Below, piece by piece: positions 47,038-57,323 of a DNA stretch of 57,323 bases. A model generated the notes under the pieces. It was not told where the DNA came from and did not search any database. It was given only the letters and a program-made list of their open reading frames with translations. Positions within the stretch are counted from its first letter, which is position 1, and each line of letters begins with the position of its first letter. The stretch comes from Flavobacterium sp. (lineage in GTDB: Bacteria > Bacteroidota > Bacteroidia > Flavobacteriales > Flavobacteriaceae), in the NCBI RefSeq assembly GCF_023151265.1, contig NZ_JAKLJH010000008.1, positions 1-57,323 of the forward strand. Direction: 5' to 3'. The position numbers and the translations under genes were made by a program.

Positions 47038-47096
47038 ATTTCTTTGAATTTTCGTAAAGTTAAGAAAATAAAATGAGTTCCAACAAATGAAAAATC

Positions 47097-47780
47097 TTAT
47101 ACAATTGTTAAGATTTCTTCGATGGAGGCGAATGATTTGAAATTTTCGTGTTTAATCTCAAAATCAATTTTCTCGTATTCCCAAGTAGTGTGATACGGAA
47201 TGTGAATTGCATGCCCGCGAATATTTAAAATAGGCAAAACGTCTGATTTTAAGGAATTTCCAATCATAAGAAAATCTTCAGGTTTGCAATCTAATCGAAT
47301 TAGCATTTTTTCGTAATCCAATTCGGCTTTATCACTCAACACTTCAATATGATGAAAATAGTGTCCAATTCCCGAATCGTGTAACTTACGATGTTGGTCT
47401 TTTAAATCGCCTTTGGTGGCAACGACCAATTTATATTTCCCTTTTAATTGTTCTAAAACGGATTCTACATTAGGTAACAATTCGACTGGTTTTTGCAATA
47501 AATCCTTTCCAATGGCTAAAATTTGCTCAATTCCTTTTCCCAAAATTTGATGATTTGTCAATTGCAAAGCAGTTTCAATCATTGACAAGGTAAACGCTTT
47601 AATTCCGAAACCATACAAAGGCAAATTTTTAACCTGATGATTCAAAATCAATCCCAAAATTTCCTGACTCGAAGCATAATCTTGAAACAAAACACAAAAG
47701 CGTTCTTGCGCCTCATCGAAATAAGGTTCGTTGTGCCATAAAGTGTCGTCTGCGTCGAAAGCGATTATTTTTGGGTTCAT
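47097..47780 (-). CDS. HAD-family hydrolase
   Basis: FDADDTLW, TKGD, MIGNSLKSD. Confidence 0.92.
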   Translation of the reverse strand: MNPKIIAFDADDTLWHNEPYFDEAQERFCVLFQDYASSQEILGLILNHQVKNLPLYGFGIKAFTLSMIETALQLTNHQILGKGIEQILAIGKDLLQKPVELLPNVESVLEQLKGKYKLVVATKGDLKDQHRKLHDSGIGHYFHHIEVLSDKAELDYEKMLIRLDCKPEDFLMIGNSLKSDVLPILNIRGHAIHIPYHTTWEYEKIDFEIKHENFKSFASIEEILTIV

Positions 47781-47790
47781 ATTTTTTGTA

Positions 47791-49848
47791 TTAAGAAATC
47801 ATCGCGCCATTAATCACGCCTTCCGCATCTGGGTTTACGAAAACCAATTTACCTTCTGCATTGTTCGTTAATAACAACAAGCCTTCACTTTCTACGCCTC
47901 GTAAAGCTCTCGGTGCTAAGTTTACTAAAACCGTTACGCGTTTTCCAATTACTTCTTCTGGTGTAAAGTGCTCTGCGATTCCAGAAACGATGGTTCTTAC
48001 ATCAATTCCAGTATCTACTTTTAAAACCAATAACTTATTGGCTTTTGGCATTTTTTCAGCTTCAATAATCGTTCCAATTCGTAAATCTATTTTTGCAAAA
48101 TCTTCGAACGAAGCCGTTTCTTTTTGCGGTTCAGCTTTTGCGTTTTCCACTTTGTTTGCGGTTTTAGTTGCTTCTAATTTGTCTAATTGTTTTTGGATTT
48201 CGGCATCTTCAATTTGAGCAAACAAGATTTCGGCTTGACCTATTTGATGTCCAGCTGGTAATAAATCTGTTTTAGTCGTTACATCGTTCCAAGCTAAAGC
48301 ATCGATTTTTAGAATATTCGATAATTTCTTAGCCGTAAAAGGTAAAAATGGTTCTGATAAAACCGCTAAAGCAGAAGCAATTTGTAATGCCACATACATT
48401 TGCGCTTGAACTCTTGCCGGATTTTCTTTTACCATTTTCCATGGTTCTTCATCCGCTAAATATTTGTTTCCTAAACGAGCAACATTCATTAATTCGCCCA
48501 ATGCTTCTCTAAATCGGTAACGCTCAATTGAACTTGAAATTACGGCTGGATACGCTTTTAATTCAGTTAATGTTTGTTCGTCAACTTCTGAGAATTCGTT
48601 TGGAGCTGGAACAATTCCGTTGTAATATTTATTGGTTAACACCACGACACGATTGATGAAATTTCCAAAAATCGCTGCTAATTCGTTATTATTTCTCGCT
48701 TGAAAATCCTTCCAAGTGAAGTCGTTATCTTTAGTTTCAGGCGCATTTGCTGTTAATGCATAACGCAATGAATCTTGTTTTTCTGGGAAATCTTGTAAAT
48801 ATTCGTGCAACCAAACTGCCCAGTTTTTAGAAGTCGATAATTTATTTCCTTCTAAATTTAAAAATTCGTTTGCTGGAACATTATCAGGTAAAATGTAACT
48901 TCCTTCTGCTTTTAACATCGCTGGGAAAATAATACAATGGAACACGATATTGTCTTTTCCAATGAAATGAACCAATTTTGTATCGGCATCTTTCCAATAC
49001 GGTTCCCAATCTTTTCCTTCGCGAGCCGCCCATTCTTTGGTTGACGAAATGTAGCCAATTGGCGCATCAAACCAAACGTATAATTTTTTTCCTTCGGCAC
49101 CTTCTACTGGAACATCGATTCCCCAATCCAAATCACGTGTTACCGCTCTTGGCTCTAAGCCACCATCAACCCACGATTTTACTTGTCCGTAAACATTTGG
49201 TTTCCAGTCGTTTTTATGACCTTCTAAAATCCATTCTCTTAAGAACGATTCGTAACGATTTAAAGGTAAAAACCAGTGTTTCGTTTCTTTTTTGATGGGA
49301 GTTGTTCCAGTGATTGTCGATTTCGGGTTGATTAAGTCCGTCGCATTTAAAGTCGAACCACATTTTTCACATTGATCGCCGTAAGCTTCAGGATTGTCAC
49401 ATTTTGGACAAGTTCCCGTTACGAAACGGTCTGCTAAAAATTGGTCAGCTTTTGCATCGTATAATTGTTCGGTTGTTTCTTCGATGAAATCACCATTATC
49501 GTATAATTTTTTGAAAAATTCCGAAGCCGTTTTATGATGAATCTCGGCAGAAGTTCTAGAATAATTATCAAAAGAAATTCCGAAATCTAAAAACGATTGA
49601 CGAATAATTCCGTCATATTTATCAATTACTTGTTGTGGTGTAATACCTTCTTTTTTCGCTTTCATGGAAATCGCCACACCGTGCTCGTCGCTTCCGCAAA
49701 TGAAAGCCACATCTTTTCCTTGCAAACGTAAATATCTTGCATAAATATCAGAAGGAACATAAACACCTGCTAAATGTCCAATGTGAATAGGGCCATTTGT
49801 ATAAGGTAAAGCCGCAGTAATAGTATATCTTTTCGGATTTTCTAACAT
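47791..49848 (-). CDS. metG: Methionyl-tRNA synthetase
   Basis: [13 protein letters not shown], Zn knuckles, KLSTS, C-terminal tRNA-binding domain. Confidence 0.99.
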   Translation of the reverse strand: MLENPKRYTITAALPYTNGPIHIGHLAGVYVPSDIYARYLRLQGKDVAFICGSDEHGVAISMKAKKEGITPQQVIDKYDGIIRQSFLDFGISFDNYSRTSAEIHHKTASEFFKKLYDNGDFIEETTEQLYDAKADQFLADRFVTGTCPKCDNPEAYGDQCEKCGSTLNATDLINPKSTITGTTPIKKETKHWFLPLNRYESFLREWILEGHKNDWKPNVYGQVKSWVDGGLEPRAVTRDLDWGIDVPVEGAEGKKLYVWFDAPIGYISSTKEWAAREGKDWEPYWKDADTKLVHFIGKDNIVFHCIIFPAMLKAEGSYILPDNVPANEFLNLEGNKLSTSKNWAVWLHEYLQDFPEKQDSLRYALTANAPETKDNDFTWKDFQARNNNELAAIFGNFINRVVVLTNKYYNGIVPAPNEFSEVDEQTLTELKAYPAVISSSIERYRFREALGELMNVARLGNKYLADEEPWKMVKENPARVQAQMYVALQIASALAVLSEPFLPFTAKKLSNILKIDALAWNDVTTKTDLLPAGHQIGQAEILFAQIEDAEIQKQLDKLEATKTANKVENAKAEPQKETASFEDFAKIDLRIGTIIEAEKMPKANKLLVLKVDTGIDVRTIVSGIAEHFTPEEVIGKRVTVLVNLAPRALRGVESEGLLLLTNNAEGKLVFVNPDAEGVINGAMIS

Positions 49849-49859
49849 AATTTTTTTAT

Positions 49860-50362
49860 TTTAACGCAAAGACGCTAAGTTTTTCGCAAAGCTTTGCAAA
49901 GAATTTTTAAGTTTTAAAAGTGCAAATGTCGTGAAAATTATAATTTATTCACAACTCGTCTGATACCTTCTTTTAAAAGAACGGAATTAAAGTTTAAAAG
50001 TAAGCCTAATTTGAAGTTGCCTAGCCTTAAATAAGTTAAAGTTTGAGCAAAATGAAGTTCGGAAAGTTCTTCAACACTTTTTAATTCTAAAACGAGTTTA
50101 TCCTCTACAAGTAAATCTATTCTGTATCCGCAATCTAGTTTTACTTCTTCGAAAATCAATGGAATTGATTTTTCTTTTTCAACTTTAAATCCTGCTTGTA
50201 CAAGTTTATAATAAAGACATTCTTTATAGGTATTTTCAAGTAAGCCAGGACCTAATGCATTGTGAACTTCAATGGCAATTCCAATAACTTTGTTTGAGAT
50301 TTCATTTTCTGTCATTTTTCCTTTTTTTAACTTGGCGAAAAACTTCTAAACTTTGCGTTAAA
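49860..50362. repeat. 32-bp imperfect inverted repeats flanking the GxxExxY gene
   Basis: 49860-49891 tttaacgcaaagacgctaagtttttcgcaaag vs reverse complement of 50331-50362 tttaacgcaaagtttagaagtttttcgccaag, 26/32 identical. Confidence 0.8.
49938..50315 (-). CDS. GxxExxY protein (PD-(D/E)xK nuclease-like)
   Basis: LGPGLLENTY, RIDLLVE...ELKS, AQTLTYL, GLLLNF. Confidence 0.93.
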   Translation of the reverse strand: MTENEISNKVIGIAIEVHNALGPGLLENTYKECLYYKLVQAGFKVEKEKSIPLIFEEVKLDCGYRIDLLVEDKLVLELKSVEELSELHFAQTLTYLRLGNFKLGLLLNFNSVLLKEGIRRVVNKL

Positions 50363-50497
50363 TTTTGAACAACTGAAGTGTTAATTTAAGAGAGTAAAGA
50401 CTATTTTATTAAAAACTGAAACAAAAATAATCGATTAGTGACGAAATCCCGAATTTTAATTGGATTTTGTTTACTTTTGAGTTAATAAAATCTGACG

Positions 50498-51454
50498 ATG
50501 TATAGATTTATTTTGATACTTATTTTAATTTCAAACTTTTCTCATTCGCAAAAGAAAATGAAAATTCCACCTTATCTTAAAAAAGGCGACACAGTTGCTA
50601 TTGTTTGTACGGCTCGTAAATTTTTTCCAGAAGATGCAAAACCCGCTATTGAATTATTAGCATCTTGGGGTTTAAAAGCCAAATTAGGGAGAACCATAGG
50701 TTTAGATAGTTGCCAACTTGGTGGAACTGATGCCGAAAGAATAGCCGATTTTCAAGAAATGATGGACGACGATAATATCAAAGCCATTTGGTGTGCGCGT
50801 GGAGGTTATGGGACGGTTCGAATTATCGATTCATTAGATTTTACCAAATTCAAAAAGCATCCGAAATGGATTATGGGTTTTTCTGATGTTACCGTTTTGC
50901 ACAGTCAATTGAATGTTGAACGAGTTGCGACTTTGCATTCGATTATGCCATTTACAGTTCCAAAAGCACCAGAAGAAGTGAAAGAAACGTTGCGAAAAGC
51001 GCTTTTTGGTGAAGTTATTTCCTATACAATTCCATCAAAACCATATGATGTAAAAGGAAAAGCTTCGGGTGAATTAGTAGGTGGAAACATTTCGATTTTA
51101 TATAGTTTATTGGGTTCAAAATCATCGATTGATACGAAAGGAAAAATTCTATTTATTGAAGATTTGGATGAGTATTTGTATCACATCGACAGAATGATGT
51201 ACAACTTAAAACGTAACGGTTATTTCGAAAATGTAAAAGGAATTATTGTGGGAAGTATGGCCGATATGCACGATAATGAAATTCCGTTCGGGCAAAACGA
51301 AGTGCAAATTATTACTGCGATTGCCAAAGAATATAACATTCCAATTGCTTTTGAATTTCCAGCGGGACATCAAAAAGACAACCGAACATTGATTCTTGGA
51401 AAGCAAGTTGATTTTGAAGTGAATGACAAAGAAGTAAAATTGATTTTTGATTGA
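50498..51454 (+). CDS. LD-carboxypeptidase (S66)
   Basis: ARGGYG, GFSDVT, GGN, FIEDLDE, PAGH. Confidence 0.95.
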   Translation: MYRFILILILISNFSHSQKKMKIPPYLKKGDTVAIVCTARKFFPEDAKPAIELLASWGLKAKLGRTIGLDSCQLGGTDAERIADFQEMMDDDNIKAIWCARGGYGTVRIIDSLDFTKFKKHPKWIMGFSDVTVLHSQLNVERVATLHSIMPFTVPKAPEEVKETLRKALFGEVISYTIPSKPYDVKGKASGELVGGNISILYSLLGSKSSIDTKGKILFIEDLDEYLYHIDRMMYNLKRNGYFENVKGIIVGSMADMHDNEIPFGQNEVQIITAIAKEYNIPIAFEFPAGHQKDNRTLILGKQVDFEVNDKEVKLIFD

Positions 51455-51484
51455 TGATTAACGATTGCTGATTTAAGAAATAAA

Positions 51485-51844
51485 ATGGCTGAACACAACG
51501 ATTTAGGAAAATTTGGAGAAGAATTAGCAGTTGATTTCTTGGAAAAAAACGGCTACGAAATCTTGGAAACCAATTGGGTTTTTGACAAAGCCGAAATCGA
51601 TATTATTGCTCAAAAAAATGGAATACTAGCCGTTGTTGAAGTAAAAACGCGTTCGAGTATTGATTTTGGTTTGCCTCAAGATTTTGTAAAACCTAAGAAA
51701 ATTCAATTATTGGTAAAAGCCATTAATGAATACGTTATCCAAAATGATTTAGATGTAGAAGTTCGATTTGATATTGTTGCAATTCACAAAGAAAAATCTG
51801 ATTTTGTTATAGAACATATTGAAGAAGCATTTTATTATTTTTAA
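51485..51844 (+). CDS. YraN family protein
   Basis: GKFGEELA, EIDIIA, VEVKTR, RFDIV. Confidence 0.93.
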   Translation: MAEHNDLGKFGEELAVDFLEKNGYEILETNWVFDKAEIDIIAQKNGILAVVEVKTRSSIDFGLPQDFVKPKKIQLLVKAINEYVIQNDLDVEVRFDIVAIHKEKSDFVIEHIEEAFYYF

Positions 51845-51906
51845 TGTTAAATTTATAACAATTTGTTTTTTGTTTTTATCTTTGCGCCAAACAAACAACT
51901 AAAAAC

Positions 51907-52572
51907 ATGAAAACTATATCCTCTGTAGTAGAACAATACATTAAATCGAAGCCTTTTTTATTGAGTTCACTTTCGCAAGGCATTATCAATTTAACATCTT
52001 TAGCTCGCATTATGATGCCAGAATTGGAAATGCATCTAGGAAAAGATGTAAAACAAGGTGCCGTTGTAATGTCGTTAAAAAGACTTTCTGAAGAATTAGA
52101 TTTCAAAATCAACTATAAAATTTCAAAAGTTTTAAAGAATATTGGAGAAATAACGGTTCGTTCTTCGTTAACAGATTTCACTTATGTAATTTCGGACACT
52201 CTTTTAGATAATCAAGCCAAATTGATTTCTGAAATTAATAAGCAACAAGATATTTTTTACACTTCGTCTCGTGGTGTTAATGAAACTAATATCGTTACGA
52301 GTACTTCGATTGAACCAATGGTGGAAGCTATTTTCAAAAACGAGAAGTTAACTCACAAAATTGAAAATTTATCTTCTATAACGGTTAAATTACCACAGGA
52401 AAACATTTCAACTCCAGGGGTTTATTACTATATTTTCCAAAGATTGGCTTGGGAAGGAATTATCATTCATGAAGTAATTTCAACTACAAATGAATTTACA
52501 ATTATAGTTAGTGATGATCAAATTGATGTAGCATTTAAGGTAATAAAAGACCTAAAAAATGTATTTGATTAA
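51907..52572 (+). CDS. ACT-like regulatory protein with putative N-terminal HTH
   Basis: GIINLTSLAR...GAVVMSLKR; C-terminal TPGVYYYIFQRLAWEGI..EVIST.NEFTIIV; no kinase motifs; -7 box TATCTTTG at 51877-51884. Confidence 0.7.
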   Translation: MKTISSVVEQYIKSKPFLLSSLSQGIINLTSLARIMMPELEMHLGKDVKQGAVVMSLKRLSEELDFKINYKISKVLKNIGEITVRSSLTDFTYVISDTLLDNQAKLISEINKQQDIFYTSSRGVNETNIVTSTSIEPMVEAIFKNEKLTHKIENLSSITVKLPQENISTPGVYYYIFQRLAWEGIIIHEVISTTNEFTIIVSDDQIDVAFKVIKDLKNVFD

Positions 52573-52679
52573 TAAAAAATCTCCTATTTTTTTTCACATC
52601 AAAAAAAGAAACGTATTTTTACCATTCTATACATACTAAAAAGTGATTTTAGTAGTTTAAGTACAAAAACGTTTTTACA

Positions 52680-55304
52680 TTGAAAAGCACTATATTTAAA
52701 TACTCTCTTGTCGTAGGTTTTTTGTTTTTTTTAATAGCCTGTTCTGTTAAAAAAGATAAGTTTATTAACCGAAATTTTCACGCTGTTACTACAGAATACA
52801 ACGTTTTATATAACGGAAATATTGCATTAGATAAAGGGTTAGAGGAATTGAAAACCACTTATCAAGATAATTTTTGGGAGATTTTACCTGTTGAGCGAAT
52901 GCCAAATAATGAAGACGCTTTACTGCCAGGTCAAACAAAAAATCAAAATTTTGAGCGTGCCGAAGAAAAAGCAGTAAAAGCCATTCAAAAACACTCTATG
53001 AATATTGCGGGTACTGAGAAAAATCCACAAATGGATGAAGCTTATTTGTTACTTGCCAAAGCGCGTTACTATGACAATCGATTTATCCCTTCACTAGAGT
53101 CGTTAAATTACATTTTGTATAAATATCCATTAAGTGATCGCATTTATCATGCTAAAGTATGGCGTGAAAAAGTTAACATTCGATTGGATAATGAAGATGT
53201 TGCTATCAAAAATCTTAAATTACTTTTAAAAGATAAAAAAATTGAAGGACAAGATTTAGCTGATGCAAACGCTATGTTGGCGCAAGCTTACATGAATGTT
53301 CAGGTTAAAGATACCGCAATTGCTTCGTTAAAAGTAGCAAAAGAAGCCACAAAAAATAATGAAGAAAAAGCACGTTATACTTTTATTTTAGGACAATTAT
53401 ATGAAAGCCTAAATTATCAAGATAGTGCTTATGCTGCATTTCAGGAGGTAATAGAGATGAATAGAAAATCGCCAAGACGATACGTTATTCAATCGCATGC
53501 AAAACAAGCTCTTCAATTTGATTATAAAAAAGGCGATACGTTAGCTTTTGTTGAAAAGTTCACTAAACTTTTAGAAGACAGAGAAAATCGCCCTTATTTA
53601 GATATTTTACATCATCAAATGGGAATTTTTTATGACAAACAAGGTTTAAATGAAAAGGCAAAATTTTACTACAATAAATCAATAAAATCAGTTTCTCAAG
53701 ACAGTTATTTGATTTCTTCAAACTATAGAAATATTGGAGAAATTTATTTTAAAGAAGCCCAATACAAAACAGCTGGTAAATATTACGATAGTACTTTATT
53801 ACGATTAAACGATAAAACTAGAGAATATCGTAAGATTAAGAAAAAAAGAGATAATTTAGAAGATGTTATTAAGTATGAAACCATTGCACAACAAAATGAC
53901 AGTATATTAAATGTTGTTGCAATGAATGATTTAGATAGAAAAACATACTACGAAAACTATATCGCTAAATTAAAAATTGAAGACGAGAAAAAGGCTAAAA
54001 TAGCGGCTGAAAAAGCAGAAAAAGAAGCAAATATTCAAGCCAGTCTTAACACTCCAGGAACTAACGATAAAAATGTAAATATATCTGGTAAAAAAGATGT
54101 CCAAAGCATGGATATTGCAGGACCATCAATATTACCTCCAGGAATGGGAGCAGATAATAGCAACTTCTATTTTTATAATCCAGTAGCGGTAGAGTTTGGA
54201 AAAAAAGAGTTTCAATCCAGATGGGGAAAACGTCCATTAAGTGATAATTGGAGATTGTCTTCTAGTGGATTAAAAAATACTGATAATGAAAATACTGATA
54301 GTCTTTCAATTGACCAAAAAGACATTTCAGATAAAGAAGAATTAAATCCAAAATACGATCCGCAATTTTATTTGGCTCAAATTCCAACAGACCAAAAATT
54401 AATTGATAGTTTGGCAAAAGATAGAAACTTTGCGTATTATCAGTTAGGATTAATTTATAAGGAAAAATTCAAAGAATACGAATTAGCGGCTTCTCGCTTA
54501 GAGCAATTATTGAAGAACAAACCCGAAGAACGTTTGGTGCTTCCGGCGATGTACAATTTGTACAAAATATATCAGCAAATTTCGCCTTCAAAAGCAACTG
54601 ATATGAAGCAACAAATTTTAGCAAAATATCCTGATAGTCGTTATGCTCAAATATTAAACAATCCAGAAGTTGAAGTTACCGATAGCGATAACCCAGAAAT
54701 CGTATTCAATACATTATACAAGAAGTTTGAAAACAATCAGCTGAGAGAAGTTTTTGTAGAAGTAGATGAAGCTATTTTTAAATTTGCTGGAGAAGAATCG
54801 CTTCCTAAATTTGAAATGCTAAAAGCTAAAGTTGCAGGAAGATTAAAAGGGGTTGAAGAATATAAAAAAGCTCTAAATTTTGTAGCCTTAACTTATCCAA
54901 ATGCCGAAGAAGGAAAACAAGCCGAAAAAATGGTACAAACCGAAGTGCCGTTAATTGAAGCGCTTGATTTTGGTGTGTCACAACCAACGAGTTACAAAAT
55001 TATCTTCCCTAAAACGTATCCTTACGAAAAAGAGGTTAAAAACTTGACAGATAAGGTTGCTAAGTATATCAAAGACACTAATGCAGTTGCATTAAAATCA
55101 TCTGAAGATATTTATACACTGACTGATAATTTTATTGTAATTCATGGTTTTGATAATAAAGATGCTGCCATTTCAGTGTTGTCAGTATTACAATTGCATA
55201 AAAATTATAAACTAACCGACAAAGTTTATATTATTTCAACTGAGGATTACAAGATTGTACAAATGAAAAAGAAGTTGGAAGAATGGATTTTGTTAAATAA
55301 ATAA
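52680..55304 (+). CDS. sprE: T9SS/gliding TPR lipoprotein SprE (PorW)
   Basis: Lipobox LIAC, YNVLYNG, KAVKAIQKHSM, TPRs, FYFYN..WGKRPLSDNWR; upstream of bactofilin and atp genes. Confidence 0.85.
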   Translation: MKSTIFKYSLVVGFLFFLIACSVKKDKFINRNFHAVTTEYNVLYNGNIALDKGLEELKTTYQDNFWEILPVERMPNNEDALLPGQTKNQNFERAEEKAVKAIQKHSMNIAGTEKNPQMDEAYLLLAKARYYDNRFIPSLESLNYILYKYPLSDRIYHAKVWREKVNIRLDNEDVAIKNLKLLLKDKKIEGQDLADANAMLAQAYMNVQVKDTAIASLKVAKEATKNNEEKARYTFILGQLYESLNYQDSAYAAFQEVIEMNRKSPRRYVIQSHAKQALQFDYKKGDTLAFVEKFTKLLEDRENRPYLDILHHQMGIFYDKQGLNEKAKFYYNKSIKSVSQDSYLISSNYRNIGEIYFKEAQYKTAGKYYDSTLLRLNDKTREYRKIKKKRDNLEDVIKYETIAQQNDSILNVVAMNDLDRKTYYENYIAKLKIEDEKKAKIAAEKAEKEANIQASLNTPGTNDKNVNISGKKDVQSMDIAGPSILPPGMGADNSNFYFYNPVAVEFGKKEFQSRWGKRPLSDNWRLSSSGLKNTDNENTDSLSIDQKDISDKEELNPKYDPQFYLAQIPTDQKLIDSLAKDRNFAYYQLGLIYKEKFKEYELAASRLEQLLKNKPEERLVLPAMYNLYKIYQQISPSKATDMKQQILAKYPDSRYAQILNNPEVEVTDSDNPEIVFNTLYKKFENNQLREVFVEVDEAIFKFAGEESLPKFEMLKAKVAGRLKGVEEYKKALNFVALTYPNAEEGKQAEKMVQTEVPLIEALDFGVSQPTSYKIIFPKTYPYEKEVKNLTDKVAKYIKDTNAVALKSSEDIYTLTDNFIVIHGFDNKDAAISVLSVLQLHKNYKLTDKVYIISTEDYKIVQMKKKLEEWILLNK

Positions 55305-55324
55305 GAACCCAAATCCCTATTAAT

Positions 55325-55684
55325 ATGTTTGAAAAAGTAAAGAATCAAGATCATTTATTAGGCAAAACAAATAGAATTGTAGAAGGAACTACTATTACAG
55401 GTGACATAACTACTTTCGCCGATTTTAGACTAGACGGAAAATTAAAAGGAAATTTCACTTCCGAAGGAAAAATTGTAATTGGACCAACAGGAGAGGTCAT
55501 TGGTGATATTGTTTGTAAAAGTATCGATATTGAAGGTGTTTTTTCAGGAAAGCTACAAGCTGAAGGAATGCTAAATGTAAAATCAAAAGCACATATAACA
55601 GGAGAAGTAATCGTTGGAAAACTCGCAGTAGAACCAGGAGCTCGATTTGAAGCCAGTTGCGAAATGAGAACCCATAACAAATAA
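55325..55684 (+). CDS. Bactofilin (polymer-forming cytoskeletal protein)
   Basis: IVEGTTITGDI...RLDGKLKG...IGPTGEVIGDI beta-helix repeats. Confidence 0.92.
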   Translation: MFEKVKNQDHLLGKTNRIVEGTTITGDITTFADFRLDGKLKGNFTSEGKIVIGPTGEVIGDIVCKSIDIEGVFSGKLQAEGMLNVKSKAHITGEVIVGKLAVEPGARFEASCEMRTHNK

Positions 55685-55917
55685 TGGATTCAAACAATAA
55701 AAAACAATCTAATAAGTGGTTAGTTTTTATGAACATCCCATTTCAAATGGGATTGATTATTTTTTTAGGAGTCGTGTTAGGGCAATGGTTAGATGAAAAA
55801 TTTAAAATTGAAGGTTCTGTATTAACTATAGTTTTTTCATTGTTAGCTGTTTTTGTGGCGCTTTACAATGTAATTCGACAGGTTAACAAAATGAGTAATG
55901 ATAAAAAGAATGATTAA
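55684..55917 (+). CDS. AtpZ/AtpI-family membrane protein
   Basis: Two TM helices, GQWLD motif, upstream of atpB. Confidence 0.85.
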   Translation: MDSNNKKQSNKWLVFMNIPFQMGLIIFLGVVLGQWLDEKFKIEGSVLTIVFSLLAVFVALYNVIRQVNKMSNDKKND

Positions 55918-56311
55918 AAAAATTACACGTCTGTTCGTTTATTTAGTTCCTTTAACGGTATTGCTATACTTTGTTCAACAATACGTTTTAAGTTCTTATT
56001 TTAATCAAATCGAATTTAAATTATCGCCTTTTTCAATTTATTTATTTCACTTTTTAACGGTTACTGTTTCGTACATTTTATTGGTGTTAGTAAATAAGTA
56101 TTTTTTTCAACAAACAGGATATGCTTTTCTAGCGTTTGGAATCATCAAAATGGGACTTTCGGTGTTCTTTTTAATGCCTGTTATTGATTCTGATATTGCT
56201 AATAAAATTCCGGATGTGTTGTCGTTTTTTATACCTTTTTTTGTTTTTCTGCTATTAGAAACCATTTTTTCGGTTAATTTACTGAATAGTTCCGATTTGA
56301 AAGAAAACTAG
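55910..56311 (+). CDS. Four-TM membrane protein upstream of atpB (AtpI-like/DUF6168-like)
   Basis: Four hydrophobic helices, GYAFL..IKM, FFIPFFVFLLLET. Confidence 0.7.
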   Translation: MIKKITRLFVYLVPLTVLLYFVQQYVLSSYFNQIEFKLSPFSIYLFHFLTVTVSYILLVLVNKYFFQQTGYAFLAFGIIKMGLSVFFLMPVIDSDIANKIPDVLSFFIPFFVFLLLETIFSVNLLNSSDLKEN

Positions 56312-56434
56312 TAAAAAGGGTTTTTGGCTTACTTTTTTTAAAAATTATAATAATAAGTTTTCATTTTTTAATTAATAATGTACCTTTGCACAAAATTTAG
56401 AGGAAATAAATTTTACTATTATTAGTATAAGTAT

Positions 56435-57323
56435 ATGAGAATAGCAAATCGCACAATTCAATTTTTGTTTTCGTTATCATTTTTGATTTTACCATTAATG
56501 GCTTCTGCGAGCGGAGGACATTCAGAATCAGCTGATAAAGAGTTTAGCGCTACAGAACTTATTAATTCACACATTGGAGATTCTCACGAGTTTCACATAG
56601 CTGATTGGAATGGTCACGCAATTTCGTTGCCATTACCTATTATTTTATGGACAGATAATGGATTAGAGATTTTTTCTGCTTCAGAATTTCACCATGACAA
56701 TACAGGTCATCATGTAGCAAAAGAAAAATTTGTAAGATATAATGAAGTAATTTTTTATGCTGACAAATTTGAAACGTTAAAAGAAGAAGATAAAAGTGCT
56801 TTTAATTTTGCAGCTCGTCCTTTAGATTTTTCTATTACTAAAAATGTTTTCTCAATGCTAATGTCTGTTATCATTCTTTTAGTATTGTTTATTACTGTGG
56901 CTCGTTCTTATAAGAAAAACAGTATGGCTCCAAAAGGCTTAGCTGGTTTCTTAGAACCATTAGTAATTTTTGTTAGAGATGATATTGCAATTCCTAATAT
57001 TGGGGAAAAGAAGTATGGAAAATACATGCCATATCTATTAACTATCTTTTTCTTCATTTGGATTAATAACTTAATTGGTTTAATTCCTTTCTTCCCATTT
57101 AGTTCTAACTTAACTGGAAATATTTACTTTACTTTTGTAATGGCATTTATTACATTTTTGATTACAACTTTAAGTGCTAACAAAGCATATTGGGGACACA
57201 TTTTTGCACCACCCGTGCCAAAAGCGTTATATCCAATTATGTGGCCAGTTGAGATTATTGGAATGTTTACAAAACCATTCGCATTAATGATTCGTTTATT
57301 CGCTAACATTACTGCAGGTCACA
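56435..57323 (+). CDS. atpB: F0F1 ATP synthase subunit a, 3'-truncated (absent from ORF track)
   Basis: Hand translation MRIANRTIQ...HIGDSHEFH...DFSITKNV...NLTGNI...KPFALMIRLFANITAGH; -7 box TACCTTTG at 56381-56388. Confidence 0.97.
   Translation, partial: MRIANRTIQFLFSLSFLILPLMASASGGHSESADKEFSATELINSHIGDSHEFHIADWNGHAISLPLPIILWTDNGLEIFSASEFHHDNTGHHVAKEKFVRYNEVIFYADKFETLKEEDKSAFNFAARPLDFSITKNVFSMLMSVIILLVLFITVARSYKKNSMAPKGLAGFLEPLVIFVRDDIAIPNIGEKKYGKYMPYLLTIFFFIWINNLIGLIPFFPFSSNLTGNIYFTFVMAFITFLITTLSANKAYWGHIFAPPVPKALYPIMWPVEIIGMFTKPFALMIRLFANITAGH

Noticed and set aside
49849-50497. SAM riboswitch or T-box upstream of metG
   Set aside because: No recognisable SAM-I/II or T-box consensus; the structure present is the inverted-repeat pair.
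51448-51476. gatt-rich run after the LD-carboxypeptidase
   Set aside because: Short, with no matching inverted arm nearby; may be a decayed repeat half but cannot be supported.
650-57309. Short antisense or overlapping ORFs in the track (e.g. 2774..3031, 4296..4589, 30038..30394, 35469..35783, 47861..48217, 55351..55680, 57124..57309)
   Set aside because: Shadows of well-supported genes, on the opposite strand or in another frame, with no recognisable motifs.

Overview
AT-rich chromosomal window from a Flavobacterium-like member of Bacteroidota (TAnnTTTG -7 promoter boxes, T9SS substrates, sprE/porW). It carries an almost complete heme pathway (hemA, C, D, E, F, B on minus; araC-type regulator, hemH, hemJ on plus) interleaved with passenger genes. 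It also has a metal-homeostasis block (TonB receptor/MntR/ZIP, feoAB plus a 42-aa Cys-rich ORF missed by the ORF track, SCO, ferritin), lipid genes, peptidases, metG, sprE-bactofilin and the start of the ATP synthase operon (atpB, truncated). No rRNA, tRNA, CRISPR array, transposase or integrase was seen. The most unusual items are: (1) six secreted paralogs arranged as a duplicated A-B-C triplet with a shared upstream motif, a candidate heterotrimeric fibre/adhesin system; (2) two tail-less ssb genes, each preceded by the same conserved hairpin, behind a 10-bp-phased operator and followed by a stand-alone HRDC gene; (3) a 60-aa protein with the FhuF-type CC-x10-C-x2-C motif and a Fur-box-like site directly downstream of ferritin; (4) a GxxExxY nuclease-like gene bracketed by 32-bp inverted repeats; (5) an apparent in-frame ~10-aa deletion in a conserved motif of the acyl-ACP desaturase. 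Family assignments and comparisons with homologs come from motif recognition and memory; no database searches were run.
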